DNA from: an uncultured Gemmatimonadales bacterium
GTDB taxonomy: Bacteria > Gemmatimonadota > Gemmatimonadetes > Gemmatimonadales > GWC2-71-9
Direction: 5' to 3'
NCBI GenBank assembly: GCA_963812755.1
Contig: CAWEWK010000010.1
Coordinates: forward strand, 107,872 to 171,871
Length of the DNA stretch: 64,000 nt
Each line of letters opens with the position of its first letter. Position 1 is the first letter of the stretch. Position numbers and translations under genes: made by a program. Below, one piece after another: positions 1 to 9,323 of the stretch. The notes under the pieces were generated by a model. The model was not told the origin of the DNA. It worked only from the letters and a program-made list of their open reading frames with translations, and did not search any database.

Positions 1-543
1 GACCCGGGGGATGCGCTCTTTCTGGTGGCCGCCGGACAGGTGAAGGTGGTGCTGATCGCGGAGGACGGGAGAGAAGTCATTCTCTCGGTGCTGGGAGAGG
101 GAACCTTCTTCGGCGAAATGGCCGTCATCGACGAAGAGCCCCGCTCGGCTCACGTGATCGCTATGGAAGACTCCAGCCTCCTGGTTCTCCGGCGGGAGGA
201 CTTTCACGCCCGGTTGCGCAACTCGCCCGAAGTCGCCATCTCGCTGCTGAAGGAGATCTCCCGACGGCTGCGACGCGCGGACGAGAAGATCGGCAGCCTG
301 GTTCTGCTGGACGTCAACGGCCGGGTTGCTCACCTCCTGCTGAGAATGGCGGAAGACGAGGGGGGAGACCGGATCACCCGGAAGCTCACCCATCACACCA
401 TCGCCCAGATGATCGGCTCCAGCCGCGAGACAGTCTCCCGCACCATGCGCAACCTGGTGGAACGGGGCATCATCTCGGTGACCCGCAAGGACATTACCCT
501 CAAGGACCGCCACTCGCTCATGCTGGCCGCGCGCCGCGCGTGA
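1..543 (+). CDS. Crp/Fnr family transcriptional regulator (5' end outside window)
   Basis: Frame open from nt 1 (DPGDALFLVAAGQVKV...). cNMP-binding barrel motif GEGTFFGEMAVID..RSA, then C-terminal HTH IAQMIGSSRETVSRTMRNL. Stop at 541-543. Confidence 0.85.
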   Translation, partial: DPGDALFLVAAGQVKVVLIAEDGREVILSVLGEGTFFGEMAVIDEEPRSAHVIAMEDSSLLVLRREDFHARLRNSPEVAISLLKEISRRLRRADEKIGSLVLLDVNGRVAHLLLRMAEDEGGDRITRKLTHHTIAQMIGSSRETVSRTMRNLVERGIISVTRKDITLKDRHSLMLAARRA

Positions 544-639
544 GGACTTTCACCAGCATCTCGTGACCGTGACCGTTGCCGGACGTTCCGGCGCGGCAAG
601 AGATTCCAGCATGATGCTTCACCCCACCGGGCGACAGGT

Positions 640-1506
640 GTGCGGTACACTCTGACGTTCTGGGGCACGCGAGGCTCGATTCCGACCCCAGGGCCACAGA
701 CGGCTCGCTACGGCGGCAACACCGCGTGCATCAGTATCGCCGGACCAGATCGGCGCTTGATCATCCTCGACGCGGGGAGCGGTCTTCGCCCGCTCGGGCA
801 CGAGCTTATGCAGCGGCGGGATGGAGCGCTGGCAGCCGACATTCTGCTGTCGCATACCCATTGGGATCACATCCAGGGGCTCCCGTTCTTCAAGCCTCTC
901 AGCGAAAGAGGCAACTCCTTCCACATCTACGGAGCGGCGCAGGAAGGCGTTCGGCTGGAGGAGATCCTGCGGCGGCAAATGGACCCGATGGTCTTTCCGG
1001 TTCCGCTCGCGGCGTTGGCAGCCAGCCTGCAAGTCGTCGAGATTGGTGAGGGAGAGTTGTCCGTTTCCGATTTCAACGTTCGAGCTTTCCGTCTCCGGCA
1101 CCCCGGCACCACCCTCGGCTTCCGGGTGGCACCGGCCGAGGGCGGCCGGGAAATTGCGTATCTCACGGACAATGAGCTGGGAGCTGGCGGTAGCTATCCG
1201 GTACCAAAGGACTGGCGCACGCGTTTGGTCGCCTTTCTCCAGGGCACCGACACCTTGATCCACGACGCGATGTACTCGGATCAGATCATTCAAGCCCGGG
1301 CCGGCTGGGGACATTCGACTCCAGGCCAGGCGGTGGATCTCGCGGCGGAGGCAGGGTGCCGGCGGCTCCTGCTATTTCATCATGAGCCGGAGCACGATGA
1401 CGATGCGCTCGACCGTCTCCTGGAGCAAACTCGGGGATATGCCCGAGGAGTCGCGCCGGCCCTGCAAGTGGACGCCGCGGCTGAAGGAATGCAGGTCGCG
1501 CTTTGA
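640..1506 (+). CDS. MBL-fold metallo-hydrolase
   Basis: 288-aa ORF with GTG start. HxHxDH metal motif (LSHTHWDHIQG). GC3-rich codon usage. Confidence 0.8.
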   Translation: MRYTLTFWGTRGSIPTPGPQTARYGGNTACISIAGPDRRLIILDAGSGLRPLGHELMQRRDGALAADILLSHTHWDHIQGLPFFKPLSERGNSFHIYGAAQEGVRLEEILRRQMDPMVFPVPLAALAASLQVVEIGEGELSVSDFNVRAFRLRHPGTTLGFRVAPAEGGREIAYLTDNELGAGGSYPVPKDWRTRLVAFLQGTDTLIHDAMYSDQIIQARAGWGHSTPGQAVDLAAEAGCRRLLLFHHEPEHDDDALDRLLEQTRGYARGVAPALQVDAAAEGMQVAL

Positions 1507-1517
1507 GAGGAGGATTC

Positions 1518-2198
1518 ATGCGACGGACACTGGGCGGCTTGTGGCTCCTTGCCGCCACGATGAGCGGTGTGGCAGAGGCCCAAGGTGGACGGGCCAGCTT
1601 TGCCCTGCTTCCGTTCGAGAACGCCGGCTCTTACGGCCAGGACAAGGAAATCTTCCAGGCCCTCGAGCTCGGCATACCCTCGATGCTGGCCGGCACCCTG
1701 GATCGTCATCCCGGGGTCCAGGCGATCGACCCGTCGCGCCTAGCTCGGGCGATGGCGGCTCAATCAGTGGGCCCGGGCCAGCGGGTGGATGCCGCCACGG
1801 CGGCGCAGATCGGCAAGGACGGCGGGGCGCGCTACGCCGTGACCGGGAGCTTCGCCGACTTCTACGGCAAGTTCAGGGTGAATGCCCGGGTGGTGGACAC
1901 CCAGAGCGGTGAAATTCTCGAGGTAGTGTCCAACGACGCCAAGATGCAGGACCGGGCGGAGCTGTCGGCGATCATCCGGAACGTGAGCGAGAAAATCGTG
2001 GCCGCGGTGCATCTCCCGCCCTACCCTGCCGCCACCGGCCCGGCCGTGGTGCCCACCGAGGCAATCGCCGATTACAGCCGAGCCCTGCTGCTCGAGAGTC
2101 AAGGTGATAAAGGGAAGGCGCGTGAGCTCTACCAGAAGGCGCTGACGACCGCTCCGGGATTTCCCGAGGCCAGTGCCGGACTTCAACGGGTCAGATAG
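1518..2198 (+). CDS. secreted protein with TolB-N-like LPFxN module and C-terminal TPR-like helices (hypothetical)
   Basis: ATG 1518 preceded by GAGGAGG. Signal peptide LWLLAATMSGVAEAQ. FALLPFENAGSYG resembles the LPFxNLS modules of the proteins at 59133-60284 and 60748-63018. Confidence 0.6.
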   Translation: MRRTLGGLWLLAATMSGVAEAQGGRASFALLPFENAGSYGQDKEIFQALELGIPSMLAGTLDRHPGVQAIDPSRLARAMAAQSVGPGQRVDAATAAQIGKDGGARYAVTGSFADFYGKFRVNARVVDTQSGEILEVVSNDAKMQDRAELSAIIRNVSEKIVAAVHLPPYPAATGPAVVPTEAIADYSRALLLESQGDKGKARELYQKALTTAPGFPEASAGLQRVR

Positions 2199-3427
2199 TA
2201 GGATGACAAACGCCGGAGTCCAAGTGCGATGCCCAGGTGCGCCGGCAAAGCGAGCGCGATCACCGGACCGTTCACCTGGTGGAACGCCGGCAGCAGCTTG
2301 AGCGCGAGACCCAGCGCAGAGAGCATTGCCAGCAAGGCCGCGACCCCGACCGCCGCACCCCACTTCCCGCGCCACAGAGCCAGCGGTACCAATAGGGCCA
2401 GGAACAGCGCGACCGGATTCACCTGGAACAGATTCTCGTTCCGGTAGGCCATCACATGGTCGGTGAACGCCCAGAGCCCGGCGAGCACCAGCCCACCCAG
2501 CCCAACCAACAGCGACCAGCCAGCGATCAAGAGTCCTAAAGCGGGGCCGGCGCGGCGCCAGCGGCCGACCCGGCCGGATAGCCCCAGCGCCGCCAGTCCG
2601 ATGGCGAGGCCCACGACCAGGTAGCCGGCCCACCAATTGGGAGGCGTCTCCGGTGGCACGGGTGCGGTCGACTCGAAGAGCGTCCGCTCCGACTTCACCA
2701 GCGGCACCGGCGATCCATCAGGACCCGCGATGGTGACCCGACGCAGATGCTCTCGCACCTTGAGCGGCAGGAACATCTCTTCCCACGCCGAAATCGGCCG
2801 GTCCACGCCTTGTCCCAGCCCCAGCAGCAGCCCGGTGAAGATCAGCGGATCGTTGGCCGTCAGCCGCTGGGTGTGGAAGCGATAGGTAGTACCGGTGGGG
2901 AGGTGCTCGGTAGCTGCCTTGATGCGCCCGCCGATCACTCGATCGATCGCGTCCCGCACCCGAGTGGAGCAGTTGTCCCGGTAGTAGTCGTAGTGATAGA
3001 ACCGGTTCTCCGGCCGCTCGTTCCAGCGAAGGAACTTCTGAAGCTCGAGCCTGGCGGCGGGAGGCAGATCCAGCTCCTGGACCCACACCGATCGGTTGTC
3101 CCGCACGTAGGTGTTGGCATACGGCTCGGCGGGAAATCCCTCCATCCAGTACCACATCTGCCCCCGGATGAACCGGAGCAGGAAGTTCTGTTGCCGGAAG
3201 TCGAAGAGACCGTAGTTGTACGCTTCGTCGGTACCTGCCGCGGGATCGTGAATCCAAATCGCGTTGTGCCCGAACCGCTCCCACACCCGGCGGCCGGGGC
3301 CCATGGTCATGAGATAGACGGTGAGTGACTGATCAGCGGCACCGCGGGATGGGCGAGGGGCTGCTTGGGCGCCGATGTCGCCGAGGGGAAGCGCTCCGAG
3401 GAGGAGCATCCAAAGCGCTCGGCGCAC
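2183..3427 (-). CDS. DUF4105 (Lnb N-terminal-like) domain membrane protein
   Basis: Motifs ERFGHNAIWIHDP, YNYGLFDF and YYRDNCSTRVRD, with C-terminal multi-TM region. The track ORF extends to 3658 but overlaps the upstream oxidoreductase. GTG at 3427 (or ATG at 3409) precedes the signal-like MLLLGALPLG. Confidence 0.7.
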   Translation of the reverse strand: MRRALWMLLLGALPLGDIGAQAAPRPSRGAADQSLTVYLMTMGPGRRVWERFGHNAIWIHDPAAGTDEAYNYGLFDFRQQNFLLRFIRGQMWYWMEGFPAEPYANTYVRDNRSVWVQELDLPPAARLELQKFLRWNERPENRFYHYDYYRDNCSTRVRDAIDRVIGGRIKAATEHLPTGTTYRFHTQRLTANDPLIFTGLLLGLGQGVDRPISAWEEMFLPLKVREHLRRVTIAGPDGSPVPLVKSERTLFESTAPVPPETPPNWWAGYLVVGLAIGLAALGLSGRVGRWRRAGPALGLLIAGWSLLVGLGGLVLAGLWAFTDHVMAYRNENLFQVNPVALFLALLVPLALWRGKWGAAVGVAALLAMLSALGLALKLLPAFHQVNGPVIALALPAHLGIALGLRRLSSYYLTR

Positions 3428-3438
3428 TACCCCTCCGC

Positions 3439-4467
3439 TCACGGCTCTACATCGTGGCCATCCTGCGCGGCCCGATAGATCGCATCCACCGTCTTGTGAA
3501 GGACGAGATGCTCCTGGAGCGAAGGGACCTTCGCCTCGCCGGCTACCGCGGCCTCGAAATGCGCCCACTCCGCCCGATAGGAGGCGGTAAAGACGTTCTC
3601 CCGGCTCACCGAGCCGGTGGGCGAGACGTCGACCGGAACTCCGTGCAGCTCCTTCCACACGGTGAGCGGATTGATCGCCCCCGTGCCTTTGGTGCCTCGG
3701 AGTCCCACACCGAACCGCTCACCCCCGCCGAGGTGATGCCAGGTCACGTCGACGAAGAGCGACATCCCGCCCTCGCAGACCACGAAGGCGCTGCCCGACT
3801 GCTCGACCGCGCGGTCGCGGCCGGTGGCATCCATACTCGCGCTGACCCGGATCGGCGTGGGATTGCCGCCCAGCCAGAGGCCCATGTCCAGGATCGAGAG
3901 ACCCAGGTCGAGCATGGCGCCGCCCCCGGCCTGATCCCGCCGCTGCCGCCAGCCCAGCTGCGCCCGGCCCGGACGGAAGATGTGCCAGCTTCCCCTCACG
4001 CTCTCGATGGTTCCCAGCTCTCCGCTCTGAACGAAGCTGCGAACGATCTGCACATCCGGACGGTAGCGGTGGTTCATTCCCACCATGACGACGCGGTTCC
4101 GCTTCTCCACGCCGCGGATGATGCGTTGTGCACTCGCCGCCGACATCGTGAGCGGCTTTTCCACCAGGACGTGAAGGTCGGCGGAGAGCGCCGCCAGGAT
4201 GTGCGATTCGTGCAGGTGGTTGGGCGAGCAGATGACCACGGCGTCGAGCGTCTCGTAGCGCAGCAGCTCCTCAATATCATCGAAGGCGTCCTTCACTCCG
4301 AAGCGATTGGCGAGGGCCCGGGCCTTGGGTAAGTCGGTGTCGCAGATCGCCTGCACCTCGATGTTCTTGAGCTTCTTCAGGACCGGGAGATGGGCGACCT
4401 GGGTGATCGCTCCGCCCCCTACAATCCCGATTCGGAGGCGGTCGCTGGTGGCCCGGCTGGTGGTCAT
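3439..4467 (-). CDS. Gfo/Idh/MocA family oxidoreductase
   Basis: N-terminal Rossmann fold LRIGIVGGGAITQVAHLPVL, 342 aa, typical family length and C-terminal alpha/beta domain. Confidence 0.85.
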   Translation of the reverse strand: MTTSRATSDRLRIGIVGGGAITQVAHLPVLKKLKNIEVQAICDTDLPKARALANRFGVKDAFDDIEELLRYETLDAVVICSPNHLHESHILAALSADLHVLVEKPLTMSAASAQRIIRGVEKRNRVVMVGMNHRYRPDVQIVRSFVQSGELGTIESVRGSWHIFRPGRAQLGWRQRRDQAGGGAMLDLGLSILDMGLWLGGNPTPIRVSASMDATGRDRAVEQSGSAFVVCEGGMSLFVDVTWHHLGGGERFGVGLRGTKGTGAINPLTVWKELHGVPVDVSPTGSVSRENVFTASYRAEWAHFEAAVAGEAKVPSLQEHLVLHKTVDAIYRAAQDGHDVEP

Positions 4468-4485
4468 TCGGCTCCCTCCCTCCCC

Positions 4486-5796
4486 TCAGTAACGTCGCTC
4501 TAAGGTTACGCCCGGATAGTAGGCCTCGAGAATCCGCTCATGGCTCTGGCCCGCTCGGGACCGGCCAACCGCACCCCACTGGCAGAACCCTACTCCGTGT
4601 CCGGCGCCTCCCCCATTGGCCACCAATCGGGTCACCCGGCGGCCATCACCGGTCACGGTCAGGTCGAAGGCGCTGCTCCGCAGCAACTCGCCGTTGACCG
4701 GGCGCAGCACCTGGCGCACCGCCGGGCCGTTCACGATGACCGGCGAGGGGACCAGTCCGATGGTCAGTTGGCCCACCCGGCCGGACCCGGTTCGCTGGGT
4801 GATCCGTACATCGCGGACCTCTCCAATGCGGTCACCGGACATACCCATCGTGGCCGGCAGCGTGCGTCGAAGAGTGCCCCGGAGCGCCTCGCCGGTCCAC
4901 TCCTCCCGCCAGCGGAAGCGAGGGGAGGTGCTGCAATACGCCGTCCCATCGTCCGCCACGTCGGGCAGCGAGCGGAGATATGGACGGTTGGCCGCACGGA
5001 ATACTTCGGTTCCCTCCGCCGTGCGGCCGCCGCATGTGGAATAGAAGAACGCGTCGATCGGCGCGCCGCCGTAGGTCAGCACCTGACCCCGGGTGGCGAG
5101 GACTGCTTCGGCCCCTTCCGGCGTCTCGCTGGCCACCCCGCCGTACGCCTGGTCGGCCACGGTCGCGTACAAATCGAATCCTTGGGCGGCCCAACGTCGA
5201 AGGTTCCGCATCGCGTAGGTGCGTGACACCACTGCCTGCGCCCGCAACGCTTCCTGCTCTACCAGACTGCGCCGACCCATCTCGGCCGAGACCACGCCCA
5301 ACAGGTAGGACTCCATGCCGAGCCGATTCACCAGGGTGATCCCGGTACGGTCGCGCAACACTTCGACGATGCCCCGGTAGGCGCGGCCATTCAGACGTAC
5401 CGGATCACTGGGCGAGGCGCCTGTCACCGCCAGGGCCTCGGCGGGCGTAGAGGATCCTCCGGTGGGCGCGGTCACCACCAGGCCGGTACCCGCGATGCCG
5501 ACGCGCCATACTTCTCCCGCGCCGATCTCTGCCAGGTGGGAGCCTGAAGGATCGGTGACGCTCAGCGCCCCGCCGCCACCCAGGTTGGCCGCGGCCGCGC
5601 CGACCGCAAGCCCTATCCGGATTTCGGGGTCGAGGGATTCCGGCGCAGTGGGTTCCACCGGCGGGGCACCGGGCGCTGCTGCCGGAGCACAACTGCCCGC
5701 CACTGCCACGACGATACCCCCGGCGACCAGGGCCACCGCGATCCATGCCGCGGACCCCAATCGACGCGGGGATGTATCAGCCGCGGTAATTGCCAA
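4486..5796 (-). CDS. SpoIID/LytB domain-containing protein
   Basis: Motifs YSTCGGRTA and GHGVGFCQWGA. N-terminal TM anchor. Only a TTG start (5796) lies upstream of the TM segment; it overlaps the yajQ stop by 20 nt. Confidence 0.85.
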   Translation of the reverse strand: MAITAADTSPRRLGSAAWIAVALVAGGIVVAVAGSCAPAAAPGAPPVEPTAPESLDPEIRIGLAVGAAAANLGGGGALSVTDPSGSHLAEIGAGEVWRVGIAGTGLVVTAPTGGSSTPAEALAVTGASPSDPVRLNGRAYRGIVEVLRDRTGITLVNRLGMESYLLGVVSAEMGRRSLVEQEALRAQAVVSRTYAMRNLRRWAAQGFDLYATVADQAYGGVASETPEGAEAVLATRGQVLTYGGAPIDAFFYSTCGGRTAEGTEVFRAANRPYLRSLPDVADDGTAYCSTSPRFRWREEWTGEALRGTLRRTLPATMGMSGDRIGEVRDVRITQRTGSGRVGQLTIGLVPSPVIVNGPAVRQVLRPVNGELLRSSAFDLTVTGDGRRVTRLVANGGGAGHGVGFCQWGAVGRSRAGQSHERILEAYYPGVTLERRY

Positions 5797-6280
5797 ACTT
5801 GAGCTCGATCCCGAAGTCCTGTGCGCGGAGCGCCGCGATGACCGCCTGAAGCTCGTCTTTGGACGGGCTGGTCACCCGAACCTCATCGCCTTGAATGGAG
5901 GCCTGGGTCTTCTTGAAGCCGCCGTCCTTCACCGCCTTCACGATCTTCTTGGCCGCGTCCTGAGGAATCCCCTGAGTCAAGCTCACCGTCCGGCGGACCG
6001 ATTGTCCGGTCCCGGGGATCGGATCACCGATCTTGAGGTTCTTGACCGGCACGCCCCGCTTGATCATCCGGGTTTGGAGGACATCGAGCAGGGCGTCCAT
6101 CCGGAACTCGTCGTCGGCGCTGAGCCGGATTTCCGCCTTGGCCCGGTCGAACTCGATGGTGCAATGAGTCCCCTTGAAGTCGTAGCGCTGAGCGATCTCC
6201 TTGAGCGCCTGATTGACGGCGTTGTCGACCTCCTGGAGATCGGCGCCGGTGGAAACGTCGAAGGAAGCGGTTGAAGCCAT
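5777..6280 (-). CDS. yajQ: YajQ family cyclic-di-GMP-binding protein (UPF0234)
   Basis: 167 aa. N-terminus SFDVSTGADLQEVDNAVNQALKEIAQRYDFKG is the characteristic YajQ signature. Confidence 0.9.
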   Translation of the reverse strand: MASTASFDVSTGADLQEVDNAVNQALKEIAQRYDFKGTHCTIEFDRAKAEIRLSADDEFRMDALLDVLQTRMIKRGVPVKNLKIGDPIPGTGQSVRRTVSLTQGIPQDAAKKIVKAVKDGGFKKTQASIQGDEVRVTSPSKDELQAVIAALRAQDFGIELKFGNYRG

Positions 6281-6304
6281 GATGCGGGTGAGTGGGGATG
6301 AAGG

Positions 6305-7174
6305 CTATGCCAAAAAACTCTCCAGCGCCCGGGCCCGGCTCACATGCCGTAAGCGGCTCAGCGCCTTCTCCTTGATTTGGCGGACGCGCTCGCGGGTAAT
6401 CCCGAGGAGGCTACCGATCTCCTCCAGAGTCATCGGCTCTGGGCCGTCGAGGCCGAAATAGAGCCGGAGAATCTTGGCCTCCCGCTCTTTGAGGGTGGAG
6501 AGGACTTCCTCGATCGACTCGGTGAGTGCGTGCTCGAAGGTCTCGGAGTCGGGGCCGGGGTTCTGGGTGTCGGGGAGATAATCGAGAAGCTTGTTGTCCT
6601 CGCCCGGAGTGAGAGGGGCATCGAGCGAGAGGTGGTTCTGCGAGATAGAGAGGGTCTTCTGTACCTCTTCCATCGAGATGTCCATGCCCTCGGCGATCTC
6701 GGACGGAGTGGGCTCGCGGCCCAGCTCCTGGAGGAGGGCCGATGAGCGCTTGCCGATGCGATGGAGCGTGCCGGCCCGATTGAGCGGCACCCGCACGATG
6801 CGGCTCTGCTCCGCCAGCGCCTGCAGGATGGCCTGACGGATCCACCATACGGCATAGGAAATGAACTTGATGCCCTTGGTCTCGTCGAACTTATGGGCCG
6901 CCCGAATGAGACCGAGGTTGCCTTCGTTGATCAGATCCGCGAGCGAGACGCCCTGGTTCTGGTACTTCTTGGCAACCGATACGACGAAGCGCAGGTTGCT
7001 CCGAACCAGTTTGTCCAAGGCCTCACCATCGCCCGTGCGGATGCGCTGGGCGAGGTTCACTTCTTCTTCCTGAGGGATCAGAGGATACTTGCTGATCTCT
7101 CGGAGATATTGGTCCAACGAACCTTCATCGAACGAAGGCCCGCGCTTGCCCGAACCAACCTGCATTGGACGCAT
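6305..7174 (-). CDS. RNA polymerase sigma factor, RpoD/SigA family (short form lacking region 1.1)
   Basis: Regions 2-4 present: NLRFVVSVAKKY, DLINEGNLGLIRAAHKFD, YAVWWIRQAI, and C-terminal LEEIGSLLGITRERVRQIKEKAL. Confidence 0.9.
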   Translation of the reverse strand: MRPMQVGSGKRGPSFDEGSLDQYLREISKYPLIPQEEEVNLAQRIRTGDGEALDKLVRSNLRFVVSVAKKYQNQGVSLADLINEGNLGLIRAAHKFDETKGIKFISYAVWWIRQAILQALAEQSRIVRVPLNRAGTLHRIGKRSSALLQELGREPTPSEIAEGMDISMEEVQKTLSISQNHLSLDAPLTPGEDNKLLDYLPDTQNPGPDSETFEHALTESIEEVLSTLKEREAKILRLYFGLDGPEPMTLEEIGSLLGITRERVRQIKEKALSRLRHVSRARALESFLA

Positions 7175-7261
7175 GCGATTCGACCTCGAAGAACCTGCGA
7201 TAACGGAAGGAATGCTTCACGAACCTTACTCGCCGGGAATGCGGAGCGCAATTGGTAACTT

Positions 7262-7346
7262 GGCTATCGGCTATCGGCTATCAGCTATCAGCTTACTGAA
7301 GTGACCCCCGTCACACTTTCCAGCTGATAGCTGATAGCCGGTAGCC
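7262..7346. repeat. heptad-repeat hairpin element, copy 1
   Basis: Left arm GGCTATC GGCTATC GGCTATC AGCTATC AGCT. 28-nt loop containing GTGAC-CCCC-GTCAC. Right arm AGCT GATAGCT GATAGCC GGTAGCC. Ends 3 nt from the ALDH stop codon. Confidence 0.9.
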
Positions 7347-7348
7347 TT

Positions 7349-8839
7349 CTACACGTCGTACGTATCAATCTGCGCCCGCTGGAGCCTGCCCGAGTAATCG
7401 ACGTAGCACACCTTCGTCTCGGAATAGAACTCGTAGACTTCCCAGCCGCCCTCGCGGTGCCCGTTCCCCGTCGCCTTGACGCCGCCGAAGGGAAGATGAG
7501 CCTCGGCACCGATGGTCGGGGCGTTGACGTAGGTGATGCCGTTGTCCAGCTCCTGCAGTGCACGGAAGGCGAGATCCACGTCCCCGGTGTAGATGGAGCT
7601 GGAGAGCCCGTAGCGCACGTCGTTGTTGACCTTCACCGCCTCATCGAAGGAGCCGACTCGTACCACGCTCAGCACCGGGCCGAAAATTTCTTCCTGCTCC
7701 AGCCGGCTGCCGGGCCGGACCCCGCTAAAGACGGTCGGGCGATAGAACCAACCGCTGCCGAGCCGCCCGCCGGGAACCTTGCCTCCGGTCACCAGCTCGG
7801 CGCCCTCCTCTTTCCCGATCTCCACGTAACGCTCGACCTTCTCCCGTGCCGCCTCGTGAATCAGCGGCCCCACGTCGGTCTTCGCCGTGCGGCCGTCGCC
7901 CAGCCGGAGCCCCTCGGCCGCATCCGCGAGTCGCCGGAGGAACCGATCGTGCACCTTGCGATGCAGGATCAGACGGCTGGTGGCAGTGCAGCGTTGGCCA
8001 GTGGTTCCGAAGGCGCCCCAGAGCACGCCCTCGAGTGCCAGGTCGAGATCGGCATCGTCCATGACGATCATCGCGTTCTTGCCACCCATCTCCAGCGAGA
8101 GCCGCTTGTGCATCCGGCCGCAGGTTTCCCCGATGATGGCGCCGGTCTCGGTCGAGCCGGTGAACGAGATGACCGGGACCTCGGGATGTTCCACCAACGC
8201 CTTCCCCACCGTCTCTCCCCGACCATGGACCAGTTGCACCACTTCGGGTGGGAGCCCGGCTTCGAGGAGAATCTCCACCAGAAGGTGGACCGTGTGGGGC
8301 ACGTCCTCCGACGGCTTGATGATCACCGAGTTCCCGCAGAGCAAGGCGGGAAACATTTTCCAGGTCGGAATCGCCATAGGAAAGTTGAATGGGGTGATCA
8401 ACCCGACCACGCCGATCGGCCGCCGGTAGCTCATCGCCCACTTGGAGCGCAGCTCCGAGGGAACCACCTGGCCGAACAACCTGCGCCCCTCGGTGGCGGC
8501 GTAGTAGGCGGTGTCGATCCCCTCCTGCACGTCACCTCGAGTCTCGGCCAGGACCTTGCCCATTTCGCGAGTCATGGCGTCGGCGATGGTTTCCTTCCGC
8601 TCCACCAGCAGATCACCGACCCGGCGCAGCACGTCACCCCGCGCCGGAGCCGGCGTGCGTGACCAGAGCGCGAAGCCCCGCTTGGCCGACCGCACCGCGG
8701 CGTCGACGTCGCGCCGGTCGGAGTCGGGAAACCGGCCGATGAGGTCCCCGGTATCCGCCGGGTTCCGGTTCTCGAAGTGGGCACCGGTCGCCGGGGCGAC
8801 CCATTTGCCGCCCACTAAGTTCTTGAAAGTCTTGGCCAT
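7349..8839 (-). CDS. NAD(P)-dependent aldehyde dehydrogenase family protein
   Basis: 496 aa. Motifs FTGSTETG, LEMGGKNA and EEIFGPV. Catalytic Cys context GQRCTA. Confidence 0.9.
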   Translation of the reverse strand: MAKTFKNLVGGKWVAPATGAHFENRNPADTGDLIGRFPDSDRRDVDAAVRSAKRGFALWSRTPAPARGDVLRRVGDLLVERKETIADAMTREMGKVLAETRGDVQEGIDTAYYAATEGRRLFGQVVPSELRSKWAMSYRRPIGVVGLITPFNFPMAIPTWKMFPALLCGNSVIIKPSEDVPHTVHLLVEILLEAGLPPEVVQLVHGRGETVGKALVEHPEVPVISFTGSTETGAIIGETCGRMHKRLSLEMGGKNAMIVMDDADLDLALEGVLWGAFGTTGQRCTATSRLILHRKVHDRFLRRLADAAEGLRLGDGRTAKTDVGPLIHEAAREKVERYVEIGKEEGAELVTGGKVPGGRLGSGWFYRPTVFSGVRPGSRLEQEEIFGPVLSVVRVGSFDEAVKVNNDVRYGLSSSIYTGDVDLAFRALQELDNGITYVNAPTIGAEAHLPFGGVKATGNGHREGGWEVYEFYSETKVCYVDYSGRLQRAQIDTYDV

Positions 8840-8861
8840 AGCCTCTACAGGTTAAAGTCGT

Positions 8862-9323
8862 TTACGAGGTCGTTGGGGTGGGGCAGCTCCAGGTCGCTGC
8901 TTCCTTCGCGTATCCGATACGGGGCAAGACCTCGCGAGCGGCCATCACCGCGGCCCAGGCGACGACCAGCAGCGAGATCACGTGGGCCAGCACTCGCCGG
9001 TTGCTCCATGCTGCCGCACTACCTAGTAGCCCGACCACAGCGGTCATCGCGGCCGCGCCGAGATAGAAGGCGAGACGGATCCCGCACGCCTTGTCGTAGG
9101 GCCACACCAGCAACGCGAGCGCCAAGGCGACGGAGAGAGCGGCCCAGAGCCAGGTGAGCGCGACCGACCGCCGTGTCGCAGGAGCCGAGGGCTCGGTGCG
9201 CGTCGCCGGCCGGGCGCCGCCCGGCTTGTCGGGAACGCCTCGCTGCCCCGCCACCCCGCTGCTCCGCTCGATGACCTTATCGATCTCGGCCATCTCCTTG
9301 TCCCAATCGCGCGGCCCCGTCAT
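8862..9323 (-). CDS. hypothetical small membrane protein
   Basis: ATG at 9323 overlaps the TGA of the upstream regulator (ATGA). Two or three hydrophobic helices (LTWLWAALSVALALALLVW, AAMTAVVGLLGSAAAW, LLVVAWAAVMAA). No recognisable family. Confidence 0.55.
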   Translation of the reverse strand: MTGPRDWDKEMAEIDKVIERSSGVAGQRGVPDKPGGARPATRTEPSAPATRRSVALTWLWAALSVALALALLVWPYDKACGIRLAFYLGAAAMTAVVGLLGSAAAWSNRRVLAHVISLLVVAWAAVMAAREVLPRIGYAKEAATWSCPTPTTS

